A stretch of 64,000 nucleotides of DNA from the NCBI GenBank assembly GCA_964630685.1, contig CAZVVW010000004.1, positions 1 to 64,000 on the forward strand, written 5' to 3'. A program made the position numbers and the translations under genes. Shown piece by piece: positions 29,032 through 38,485 of the stretch; position 1 is the first letter of the stretch, and every line of letters begins with the position of its first letter. This DNA is from an uncultured Methanosarcinales archaeon. Lineage in GTDB: Archaea > Nanobdellota > Nanobdellia > Woesearchaeales > BS150m-G63. The notes under the pieces were generated by a model. It was not told the DNA's origin. It worked only from the letters and a program-made list of their open reading frames with translations, and did no database searches.

Positions 29032-30102
29032 TTATTTAGCTATTTTTAGAACTTCTTTTGCAATCATCAAAGTCTCATTTGTTTTTGTAACTCTTACTTT
29101 TACTGCCGAATTTTTTGATGAGATTATTTCTGCATTCGCGTTGTTTTTATTTTTGTCAATTTTAATTCCAAGATAAGTTAGATTTTTTAGGATTTTTTCT
29201 CTTACTATTGCAGAGTTTTCTCCAATGCCTGCAGTAAATACTAAATTATCTAACCCATTTAAAGTTGATACATATGATCCTATATATTGAATTATTTTGT
29301 AAATAAATATTTCAACGGCAAGTTTTGCTCTTGGAGATTTGTTTTTTAGGAGGTCTCTTAAATCATTGCTAATACCCGAAATACCTAAGAGTCCTGATTT
29401 TTTGTTAAGTAAATAATTTATTTGCTTAAGAGATAGTTTTTGGTGTTTTATTAAGTAAGGAATTATTGAAGGATCTAAATTTCCTGAACGTGTGCCCATC
29501 ATAATTCCTTCTAATGGCGTAAAACCCATTGAGGTGTCCATGGATTTTTTGTTTTTTATAGCAGTAATGGAACACCCACTACCCAAGTGGCAAGTGATAG
29601 TTTTTCCTTTTAGTTTTTGTGAAACATATTTGTGAGATAATCCATGAAATCCATATTTCTGAATTCCTGATTTAAAGAATTTATAAGGGATACCATAAAC
29701 TTTTGCTTTGCTTGGTAATGTGTGGTGGAAAGCAGTATCAAATACAGCATATTGTTTAGGTTTTGGAAATAGTTTATGAGAAAGTTCAATTACTTTTATT
29801 TCTGGAATTTCGTGGAGGGGTGCAAGTTCTGCGACTTTTTTTAATTTTTTTATTATATTGTTGGTTATTTTTGATGGTTTTTTTATTTTACCTCCATGAA
29901 CAACTCTATGGCCTATTGCATCGATATTAGTTTTTTTTGAAATTAAGAGTGTTCTAATTTCTTTTAATGCATCTGAATGTGTTTTGAATTTTCCTTTTCT
30001 TTCTCCAATTCTTTCTATACAATTTGAGAATAATTCATTTGTATTTTTGAAAAGAGAGTATTTTATAGAAGAAGAACCCACATTTAATACCAATATATTC
30101 AT
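29032..30102 (-). CDS. ackA: Acetate kinase
   Basis: ILVLNVGSSSIKY, GHRVVHGG, APLH, VFDTAFH, YGFHGLSH, MGFTPLEG, FTAGIGENS and TNE. Confidence 0.95.
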   Translation of the reverse strand: MNILVLNVGSSSIKYSLFKNTNELFSNCIERIGERKGKFKTHSDALKEIRTLLISKKTNIDAIGHRVVHGGKIKKPSKITNNIIKKLKKVAELAPLHEIPEIKVIELSHKLFPKPKQYAVFDTAFHHTLPSKAKVYGIPYKFFKSGIQKYGFHGLSHKYVSQKLKGKTITCHLGSGCSITAIKNKKSMDTSMGFTPLEGIMMGTRSGNLDPSIIPYLIKHQKLSLKQINYLLNKKSGLLGISGISNDLRDLLKNKSPRAKLAVEIFIYKIIQYIGSYVSTLNGLDNLVFTAGIGENSAIVREKILKNLTYLGIKIDKNKNNANAEIISSKNSAVKVRVTKTNETLMIAKEVLKIAK

Positions 30103-30228
30103 TTTACCCCCTTCTGTTTGGTTTATTAATTTTGATTATTTAATTTTGATTATTTAATTGTAGTTAGAAAACTTTAAATAATTTGTCTTTTATATTTGTG
30201 TTGGTGATTAAAAATCGTAAAAAAAAGA

Positions 30229-32184
30229 GTGATAGAATCAATATCTAAAAAATCTAAAAAATTTTCTCCTAGTAAGAATTTTAGAAAAAAGGCACATATA
30301 AAAAGTTTTCAAGAATATTCAAAGTTATATAATGAGTCTATAAAAAATCCAGATTTATTTTGGGCCAAACAGGCAGAGGAATTATGTTGGATTAAAAAGT
30401 GGGATAAAGTATCTTCTTGGAAAAAAACAAAATTAGAATGTAAATGGTTTGAGGGTGGAAAAATCAATATTTCTTATAATTGTTTAGATAGGCATTTAGA
30501 AGTCAGAGGGAATAAAACGGCTTTGATTTGGGAACCTGAAGTTGGAAAAGTCAAAAAATATACTTACAAAGAATTGCATAAAGAAGTATGTAGGTTTGCC
30601 AATGTTCTGAAAAAATATGGAGTCAAAAAAGGAGATAGGATATGTTTCTATATGCCCATGATTCCTGAATTAAGTATAGGTATGCTTGCTTGTGTGAGGT
30701 TGGGTGCAATACATAGTGTTGTTTTTGGTGGATTTAGTATTGAATCTCTTAAAGATAGGATAATCGATTCTAAATCTAAAATTTTGATTACTAGTAATGC
30801 TAGTTTAAGAAAAGGGAAATCTATACCTATGAAAAATAATGTAGATAAGATTCTTGGTGATTGTAAATCTTTGAAGAAAGTTGTTGTTGTTAAACGTGCA
30901 GATGATGTCGATACATTTATGAAAAAAGGAAGAGATGTATGGTGGCATAAGGAAGTTGATTCAAAAAATATTAAGGAGTTTTGTGAAGTTACTAGTGTTG
31001 ATTCTGAACATCCTGCCTTTATTCTTTATACTAGTGGTACAACTGGAACTCCTAAAGGAGTGGTGCATGCAACTGCAGGTTATTTGATGTATACTTATTT
31101 AACTTTCAAATATGTTTTTGATTATCATGAAGAAGATGTTTTTTGGTGTACTGCAGACATTGGGTGGATAACAGGTCACAGTTATATTGTTTATGGCCCC
31201 CTTGCGAATGGAGCTACCACAGTCATGTTTGAAGGAGTACCCACATATCCTGAGCCAGACAGATATTGGAGAATAGTGGATAAATATAAAGTAAATATTT
31301 TTTATACTGCTCCCACAGTCGTTAGGGCTTTGGAAAGGTTTGGTAAAGAATGGGTGGAAAAACATGATTTGAGTAGTTTAAGGTTACTCGGAAGTGTTGG
31401 TGAACCAATTAATCCTGATGCGTGGATGTGGTATCATAAAGTGATAGGGAAAGGGAAGTGTCCTATTGTAGATACTTGGTGGCAAACAGAAACTGGGGGA
31501 ATTTTAATTACACCCTTACCAGGAGCTGTTGATTTAAAACCTGGATCTGCATGCTTTCCTTTTTTTGGGGTAAAGGCGAGTGTGTTTAAAGAAAATGGAA
31601 AAAAAGCAAAATCAGGAGAAGGAGGCTATTTAGTGATTGAAAAACCTTGGCCAAGTATGTTGAGGACAGTATATAAAAATCCCAAAAGATTCAAAGATAC
31701 TTATTTTAATAAATTTCCTGGAATGTATTTTACAAGTGATGGAGTTAAATGCGATAAGGAAGGTTATTTTTGGATAATGGGTAGGATTGATGATGTTGTT
31801 AATATTTCTGGACATAGATTAAGTACTGCAGAAGTAGAAGGAGCGCTTGTTAGTCATAGTGATGTCACTGAAGCAGCTGTTGTACCTATGCCACATAAAA
31901 TTAAAGGAAAAGCAATGTACGCGTTTGTGACTTTGAAAAAAGGATTGGTTGGTGATGATGAATTGGTTGAGAAATTGAGAAGCCATGTAGGTGGAGAAAT
32001 AGGACCTATCGCTAAACCAGATAGAGTTCAATTTACTGATTCTTTACCTAAAACTAGGAGTGGTAAAATAATGAGAAGAATTTTAAAAGCAATCGCTGAA
32101 GGGAAAGAAGATGTTGGTAATACAATGACTTTAGCAAACCCCGAAGTTGTTGAAAAATTGAAACAAGAAAGGATTTCTATTTAA
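30229..32184 (+). CDS. acs: Acetyl-CoA synthetase (AMP-forming)
   Basis: LYTSGTTGTPKGV, WCTADIGWITGHSY, DTWWQTETGG, GRIDDV and LPKTRSGKIMRR. Confidence 0.96.
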   Translation: MIESISKKSKKFSPSKNFRKKAHIKSFQEYSKLYNESIKNPDLFWAKQAEELCWIKKWDKVSSWKKTKLECKWFEGGKINISYNCLDRHLEVRGNKTALIWEPEVGKVKKYTYKELHKEVCRFANVLKKYGVKKGDRICFYMPMIPELSIGMLACVRLGAIHSVVFGGFSIESLKDRIIDSKSKILITSNASLRKGKSIPMKNNVDKILGDCKSLKKVVVVKRADDVDTFMKKGRDVWWHKEVDSKNIKEFCEVTSVDSEHPAFILYTSGTTGTPKGVVHATAGYLMYTYLTFKYVFDYHEEDVFWCTADIGWITGHSYIVYGPLANGATTVMFEGVPTYPEPDRYWRIVDKYKVNIFYTAPTVVRALERFGKEWVEKHDLSSLRLLGSVGEPINPDAWMWYHKVIGKGKCPIVDTWWQTETGGILITPLPGAVDLKPGSACFPFFGVKASVFKENGKKAKSGEGGYLVIEKPWPSMLRTVYKNPKRFKDTYFNKFPGMYFTSDGVKCDKEGYFWIMGRIDDVVNISGHRLSTAEVEGALVSHSDVTEAAVVPMPHKIKGKAMYAFVTLKKGLVGDDELVEKLRSHVGGEIGPIAKPDRVQFTDSLPKTRSGKIMRRILKAIAEGKEDVGNTMTLANPEVVEKLKQERISI

Positions 32185-32214
32185 TTTTGAAATTATTTTT
32201 TTAATTTTTATTGA

Positions 32215-33219
32215 TTATAATTTTATGTGTTTTTTGTGGAATGCTTTTTGTGCTTGAACAGAGGTTATTGCTGTTATATTTACAATATCTTCTACACTAC
32301 ACCCTCTACTTAAATCATTGATTGGTTTGTTTATTCCTTGAAGTACTGGACCAACTGCCTTTGCATGACCCAGATGCTCAACTAATTTATAACTTATATT
32401 TCCACTTTGGATATCTGGAAAAATTAGGATATTTGCATTCCCTTTTAGTATGGAAGTCGGTGCTTTTAATTTTGCAACTTTAGGACAAATTGCAGCATCT
32501 ACTTGGAGTTCTCCATCTATTGTTAGATTTTTTCTTTTGTATTTAACTATTTCAACTGCTTCTTTTACTTTGCTTGCTAAAGGGTGTTTTGCAGAACCAT
32601 GTGTCGAAAAAGAGAGCATAGCAATCTTAGGTTTTATTCCAAATGTTTTTGCTGTTTCTGATGTATCTATTGCGATTTCTGCTAAATCTTTTGCATCAGG
32701 TTCTATTTCTACGGCAGAATCTGCAAAGAAAAGAACTTTATTTTCTAAGAACATTAAGAACACTCCAGATACTCTGTGAAACTTTCCTTTAGTTTTTATT
32801 ATCTGAAAAGCAGGTTTTAAAGTATGTGCTGTTGGGTGAATAGCGCCAGAAACTAACCCGTCTGCCTTATTGAGTTTAACCATCATAGTACCAAAATAAG
32901 CACAATCTTTTATTTTTTCTTTTGCCATTTCTTCAGTTAATCCTTTGTCTTTTCTTAATTCATATAATTTTTTAGCGTATTTGTTTAAGTATTCAGATTT
33001 TTGATTATCTATTATTTGAACGTCTTTGAGATTTAATTTTAATTTATTTGCTTCAGATAAAATTTCTTTAGGATTTCCTAAGAGGATAATTTTTGCTAGT
33101 TTTTCTTTTAGTATTATTTCTGTTGCTTTGAGAATTCTTTCATCATTTCCTTCTGGAAATACAATTGTTTGTAATTCTTTTTTAGCTTTTGCTTTTATTT
33201 GTTTTAAAAGTTTCTCCAT
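32215..33219 (-). CDS. pta: Phosphate acetyltransferase
   Basis: IVFPEGNDERILKA, ADGLVSGA, AMLSFSTHGS, DGELQVDAA, GNISYK and PINDLSRG. Confidence 0.95.
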   Translation of the reverse strand: MEKLLKQIKAKAKKELQTIVFPEGNDERILKATEIILKEKLAKIILLGNPKEILSEANKLKLNLKDVQIIDNQKSEYLNKYAKKLYELRKDKGLTEEMAKEKIKDCAYFGTMMVKLNKADGLVSGAIHPTAHTLKPAFQIIKTKGKFHRVSGVFLMFLENKVLFFADSAVEIEPDAKDLAEIAIDTSETAKTFGIKPKIAMLSFSTHGSAKHPLASKVKEAVEIVKYKRKNLTIDGELQVDAAICPKVAKLKAPTSILKGNANILIFPDIQSGNISYKLVEHLGHAKAVGPVLQGINKPINDLSRGCSVEDIVNITAITSVQAQKAFHKKHIKL

Positions 33220-33283
33220 CTTTTTATGTAGTATATTGTTTAGGCTTTTAAAAATTTTCTTTTCTTCAAGCTAAAAATCTATC

Positions 33284-33419
33284 AGAGTTAATTCTTAACT
33301 CTAAAAGATTCTCAAAGAAACCTTTAGAAAAGAGTTTTATACTCTTTACAAAAAACAAGGAGACTCTTTAAGTCTCCAATCTTAAAGATTACTGCAATGG
33401 TAATCTTTAAATATTAGTT
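33284..33419. promoter_or_regulatory. Cluster of four inverted repeats plus a TATA box in the divergent pta/trmB intergenic region
   Basis: AGAGTTAA-3-TTAACTCT, AAAGAGT-5-ACTCTTT, GGAGACT-5-AGTCTCC and TTAAAGATTAC-7-GTAATCTTTAA. Confidence 0.6.
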
Positions 33420-33525
33420 GTGTTTAGTAAAGTATAACTTATTAAGAGTAGTATCACGTTTTAATTTTTTATTTAAGTGAAAATCACAATTAAAAAATAA
33501 AAAAGAAAGAGAGGTAATATTAAAA

Positions 33526-34344
33526 ATGATAGTCAAAGAAGAATTTTTAAGTAAATTAAGGGGATATTTCTCATTAAACCTTTATGAGGTAAAGATTTGG
33601 ACTGCTTTATTGTCTCGAGGAGTTTCTACAGCTGGAGAATTATCTGATATTGCTAATGTACCTAGAAGTAGAAGTTATGATATCCTTGAAAGTTTAGAAA
33701 AAAAAGGATTTGTTGTGCTAAAATTGGGTAAACCAATAAAATATATGGCAGTTCCACCAACTGAAGTCGTTGAAAGAGTAAAGAAAAATGTGCACGACGA
33801 AATGAAAAATAAAGTTGGTAGATTAGAAGATTTGAAAGATACAGAAGTGTTGAATGAATTAAATACTTTACATACCCAAGGTATAGAATTAGTGGGTCCT
33901 GCCGATCTTAGTGGTTCTTTGAAAGGAAGGCATAATTTGTATAATCATCTTGAAATGACTATTAGGGATGCAGAAAAATCAGTTGTAATTATGACTACAC
34001 CTCAAGGACTTATGAGAAAAGTAGAAGGACTTAAACCCATTCTTGAAAAAGTAAAGAAAAGGGGTGTTGATGTTAAGATAGCCGCACCTTTGGAAAAAGA
34101 ATGTTGGGGAGCTGTTAAAGATATTTCTGGTGTTGCAGAAGTTAAACATACAGATCATAAAGGAAGATTTGCAATTGTTGATGGTAAAGAATTAGTGTTT
34201 ATGGTTTTAGATGATACTGAAGTGCATCCAACTTATGATGTTGGTATCTGGGTAAACACACCTTTCTTTGCAACAGCATTGAATAACCTTTTTGAAATTG
34301 CTTGGGAAGGAATGACTCCATCTGATCAAGTCGTTAAAAAATAA
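33526..34344 (+). CDS. TrmB-family regulator (paralog of 250..1023)
   Basis: LNLYEVKIWTALL...TAGELSDIANVPRSRSYDILESLEKKG; RFAIVDGKE; SD GAGGT. Confidence 0.92.
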   Translation: MIVKEEFLSKLRGYFSLNLYEVKIWTALLSRGVSTAGELSDIANVPRSRSYDILESLEKKGFVVLKLGKPIKYMAVPPTEVVERVKKNVHDEMKNKVGRLEDLKDTEVLNELNTLHTQGIELVGPADLSGSLKGRHNLYNHLEMTIRDAEKSVVIMTTPQGLMRKVEGLKPILEKVKKRGVDVKIAAPLEKECWGAVKDISGVAEVKHTDHKGRFAIVDGKELVFMVLDDTEVHPTYDVGIWVNTPFFATALNNLFEIAWEGMTPSDQVVKK

Positions 34345-34476
34345 TTTTTATTTTTTTCTTAATTTTTTTATTTTTATCTTTATCATTTTTGTTTTTATTC
34401 TTTCTTAATGTCTTTTAATTTCTTTGATTTTCTATATGAGAAAGATTTTTAAAGAAGTTAGTGTTTATATTTGTGT

Positions 34477-36012
34477 ATGGATGTCAAATCGTTAGTTGCT
34501 AAGTTGAGCCCACTGGAAAGAAAAGTTTTACCTTTGTTATCTAAATTTGATTCTTTTAATGATTTGATTGATAATTCTGGACTAAAAGATGTTGAAGTTA
34601 TGAGGGCATTACAATGGCTTGAAAATAAAAAAATACTGGTTTTGAAAGAAGAAGTAGAGGAAGTTGTGTTATTGGGTAAAAACGGAAAAGAATATGTTAA
34701 GAAAGGTTTGCCTGAAAAAAGATTCCTACGGGCGATAAAAGAAAATAAGTTGAGTTTGGGGGAAATCGGCGATAGAGAAGGACTTAACAAAGAAGAATTG
34801 AATATATGTATTGGTGTTTTGAAGAGTAAGGCAGCTATAGTGTTAAATAAAGAAAGTGGTTTGATAATCTCAATTACAGATAATGGAAAAAAATTATTAG
34901 AAAAAGAAAGTTTGGAAGAACAATTTCTAAAAAAAGATTTTCCAGTAGTATCGAAGGAATTAAAAGATGAAGAGAGGTTCGCATTTGATAATTTATCTAA
35001 AAGGAAGGAGATTATACGTTCTGAAGTGATTAAAACCCGTTTTGCGGAAGTAACCAAATTAGGTAAGGAAATTCTTAAAAAGAAAATTTCTATAGGGGAG
35101 GTTTTAGATAAGTTAACTCCAGGTATGCTTAAAACCGGAAAATGGAAAAAGAAAAAATTTAGGGCATATGATGTAGAGATTAATGTTCCTAAAATTAATA
35201 GGGGTAAAAGACATTTTGTAAATCAAGCAGTTAAATCTACTAGAAAAATATGGATGGATATGGGTTTTCAGGAAATGACTGGAGATATGGTTCAAAGTTC
35301 TTTTTGGAATTTTGATGCTTTATTTACTGCACAAGATCACCCCGTGAGAGATTTACATGATACTTTTTTTATTGGGAACCCCCTTAATGCTAAATTGCCT
35401 GATGTTGGGCTTGTTGGAAAAGTAAAGAAAACACATGAAGATGGCTGGACAACCGGAAGTGAAGGGTGGGGATATAAATGGTTGGAAGACGATTCAAAGA
35501 GGAATGTGTTAAGAACACATACCACTTGTTTATCTGCTCAGACTATTGCAAAACTTAAGAAAGAAGACCTGCCTGCCAAATTCTTTGCACTTGGAAAATG
35601 TTTTAGAAACGAGACTTTAGATTGGAGTCATTTATTTGAGTTTAATCAAACAGAGGGAATAGTTATAGACCCAAATGCTAATTTTAGCCATCTTATTGGT
35701 TATTTGAAAGAATTTTTTAAGAAAATGGGTTATGAAAAAGCAAGATTTAGGCCTGCTTATTTTCCATATACAGAACCAAGTTTAGAGATAGATGTGTTTC
35801 ACCCTGTACGTAAGGAATGGGTAGAGTTAGGGGGTGCAGGAATATTTAGGCCTGAAGTGGTCAAACCTTTATTAGGGATAGATGTTCCTGTTTTAGCTTG
35901 GGGCCCTGGTTTTGATAGAATGATATTGGAATTTTTTAAAATAAATGATATTCGTGAATTATATAAAAACGATTTGAAACAATTGAGAGAAATGAAAGAG
36001 TGGATGAAATAA
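34477..36012 (+). CDS. pheS: Phenylalanine--tRNA ligase alpha subunit
   Basis: WNFDALFTAQDHPVRDLHDTF, LRTHTT, FRNE...H..EF.Q, FPYTEPS and GIFRPEV. Confidence 0.96.
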   Translation: MDVKSLVAKLSPLERKVLPLLSKFDSFNDLIDNSGLKDVEVMRALQWLENKKILVLKEEVEEVVLLGKNGKEYVKKGLPEKRFLRAIKENKLSLGEIGDREGLNKEELNICIGVLKSKAAIVLNKESGLIISITDNGKKLLEKESLEEQFLKKDFPVVSKELKDEERFAFDNLSKRKEIIRSEVIKTRFAEVTKLGKEILKKKISIGEVLDKLTPGMLKTGKWKKKKFRAYDVEINVPKINRGKRHFVNQAVKSTRKIWMDMGFQEMTGDMVQSSFWNFDALFTAQDHPVRDLHDTFFIGNPLNAKLPDVGLVGKVKKTHEDGWTTGSEGWGYKWLEDDSKRNVLRTHTTCLSAQTIAKLKKEDLPAKFFALGKCFRNETLDWSHLFEFNQTEGIVIDPNANFSHLIGYLKEFFKKMGYEKARFRPAYFPYTEPSLEIDVFHPVRKEWVELGGAGIFRPEVVKPLLGIDVPVLAWGPGFDRMILEFFKINDIRELYKNDLKQLREMKEWMK

Positions 36013-37671
36013 ATGCCTACAATAAATTTGAATAAAAATGTATTTGAAAAGCTTGTTGGAAAAAAGCTAGCTTTGGATAAATTGAAAGACAGAATTAGCA
36101 TGTTAGGTACTGATTTAGAGAGTATAGAAGGTAATGAAATTATTGTAGAAGTTTTTCCAAATAGGCCAGATATGTTGAGTGAACAAGGATTTGCTAGGGC
36201 TTTTTCCAGTTTTATAGGTGTTAAAAAGGGATTGAGAGAATACAAAGTTCATAAAGCAGGAAAAGGAAGCAAATATGTTGTTAAGATTGAAGATGTTGTT
36301 AAAAAAGTCAGACCCCATACTACATGTGCTATTGTGAAAGGATTAAAATTAGATGATGAAAAAATAAGAGAAATTATACAAATACAAGAAAAATTACATG
36401 TAAGTTTTGGTAGAAACAGAAAAAAATTAGCAATAGGAATCTACCCTCTTGAAGAAATTAAATTACCAATCACTTATACTGCTAAAAAACCCAAATCATT
36501 TAAATTTTTACCCTTAGAAGGCAAGAAAGAGATGAATGGGTTGCAGATATTAGGCCAACATCCCACTGGAAGAGAATATAGTCATTTACTTGAAGGTAAG
36601 CAAGTGTTTCCTTTATTTATTGATGCTGTAGGCGAAGTGTTGTCAATGCCACCAATTATTAATTCTGAGAAAACCGGAAAAGTATCCAAAAACACAAAAG
36701 ATGTTTTTATTGAATGTAGTGGATTTGAATTTAAAGCGCTTAATCAATGTTTGAATATAATTGTAACGGCTTTGGCTGATATGGGTGGGAAAATTTATGA
36801 GATGGAATTGCAGTATGGTAAGAAAAAAGAGATTACTCCGAATCTCAATGCTGTTGAAAGGGATTTAGATGTGGAGTATATTAATAAGATTCTTGGGCTG
36901 GAGTTGAAAGAGAAAGAGATTTGTGGATTATTGGAAAAAATGGGATATGGAATTAAAAGTAAGAAAGTTTTAATTCCTGCTTATAGAACTGACGTGCTAC
37001 ATCAAATAGATTTAGTAGAAGATGTTGCGATTGCTTATGGTTATGAGAATTTTAATGTTGAAATACCTAATGTTGCTACAATAGGGGGAGAAGATAAGTT
37101 TGAGGTGTTTAAATCAAGGGTTGCTGAAGTGATTGTAGGTTTGGGTTTGATTGAAACAATGTCTTATCATATTACTAATGAAGATATCCATAATAAAAAG
37201 ATGTGTTGTGAGATGGAGTTAGTTGAATTAGAAAACCCTTTAACTAAAGATTATTCTGTTTTGCGTGCTTGGATAATTCCTAGTTTAATGCAGGTGCTGT
37301 CTGAGAATACTAGTAGAGAATACCCTCAAAATATATTTGAAATTGGAAGTGTGTTCAGTCTTGATGGGAAAAAAGAGAATGGAGTTAGAGAAGCAGTTAG
37401 GATAGGTGTTGGGCTATGTGGTGCTGATGTTGATTTCACGAGCGCTAAACAGGTGTTTGATGCTTTGATGAGGGCATTAGATGTAAAATATGAAATGAAA
37501 GAGACAAAACACGAGAGTTTTATTGCTGGAAGAGTTGCTAGGGTTGGTGTTGATGGAAAAAATGTAGCTTATGTTGGAGAGATTAGGCCAGAAGTGTTAG
37601 AAGAATTTGAAGTGAATGTGCCTGTTGTTGGTTTTGAACTTAACTTAAGCGAATTGTTTAAATTAGTTTAA
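36013..37671 (+). CDS. pheT: Phenylalanine--tRNA ligase beta subunit
   Basis: MPTI start, PNRPDMLS, QEKLH...GRNR, SMPPIINS and YRTDVLH..DLVEDVAIAYGY. Confidence 0.96.
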   Translation: MPTINLNKNVFEKLVGKKLALDKLKDRISMLGTDLESIEGNEIIVEVFPNRPDMLSEQGFARAFSSFIGVKKGLREYKVHKAGKGSKYVVKIEDVVKKVRPHTTCAIVKGLKLDDEKIREIIQIQEKLHVSFGRNRKKLAIGIYPLEEIKLPITYTAKKPKSFKFLPLEGKKEMNGLQILGQHPTGREYSHLLEGKQVFPLFIDAVGEVLSMPPIINSEKTGKVSKNTKDVFIECSGFEFKALNQCLNIIVTALADMGGKIYEMELQYGKKKEITPNLNAVERDLDVEYINKILGLELKEKEICGLLEKMGYGIKSKKVLIPAYRTDVLHQIDLVEDVAIAYGYENFNVEIPNVATIGGEDKFEVFKSRVAEVIVGLGLIETMSYHITNEDIHNKKMCCEMELVELENPLTKDYSVLRAWIIPSLMQVLSENTSREYPQNIFEIGSVFSLDGKKENGVREAVRIGVGLCGADVDFTSAKQVFDALMRALDVKYEMKETKHESFIAGRVARVGVDGKNVAYVGEIRPEVLEEFEVNVPVVGFELNLSELFKLV

Positions 37672-38349
37672 TATTTTGATTTTATTTTGATTTCTATTAT
37701 TTAGGGTATTTGCTAATTCACAAAATCCACATTCTTGAGGGGCAGGTTCTGAACTATAAAGAGTGTCTAATGCGTTTTCGAAAAGTGAGACGCCTGCTTT
37801 TTTATTTATATCTAATTTTACTAATTCTGTAGAAAATTCTATATTATTAAAATCATCTATGTTAGAAGGAAAATAGAACAATAAAAAAGCATGGTTGTGT
37901 GTTTGGTAGTTGTTTTTTTCTAGTAAGAAGGAATAAATATTTAATTGATTTTGATAATAAGTGTATGTGTCCTCTTTTGGAGGATATCCTCTTGTTTTGT
38001 AATCAAGTACTGCAATTTTATTATCCTTTATTATTAATTCATCTACTGCGCCCATGAGTATATTTCCTTGGCCATCTTCATATCTCAGTCCTTTAAATGG
38101 GTTTCTGAATTCTTTTAATTTTTCTGTGTTGTTGAAGAGCATATATTCTTCTGCTTCAGTATCATCTAATTCTGGAGGGATATCTGGACGAAAATTATCA
38201 AAATGATTTTTGATTATTAGGTCTAATTTGCTACCCATAGAAGGAAATATGCCTCTTGGTCTTTCAATTTTTTCATTGTGTTTTAACCAAAAACACCTAG
38301 GGCAATCAGTGTATAATTTTAAGGAGCTAGGAGATAATCTATACGGCAT
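37663..38349 (-). CDS. Solo Cas4-like / RecB-type PD-(D/E)XK nuclease
   Basis: LSPS..K.Y..CPRC, GAVDEL, DYKT, QLNIY and C-terminal CGFC. Confidence 0.8.
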   Translation of the reverse strand: MPYRLSPSSLKLYTDCPRCFWLKHNEKIERPRGIFPSMGSKLDLIIKNHFDNFRPDIPPELDDTEAEEYMLFNNTEKLKEFRNPFKGLRYEDGQGNILMGAVDELIIKDNKIAVLDYKTRGYPPKEDTYTYYQNQLNIYSFLLEKNNYQTHNHAFLLFYFPSNIDDFNNIEFSTELVKLDINKKAGVSLFENALDTLYSSEPAPQECGFCELANTLNNRNQNKIKILN

Positions 38350-38485
38350 GTGTTATTTATTGTTTTGTTGATTTATATATTTTTGTGAAGGCTAAAATAG
38401 GTTTTAGATTACAATAAAATATAAAAAAGTGTTTTCATATTTTATCATTATATGCATATTTTATTATTGTAGGTGAGGTGGTATT

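Noticed and set aside
33450..33490. Thermococcales TGM motif (TATCAC-N5-GTGATA) for TrmB
   Set aside because: Only the TATCAC half-site is present
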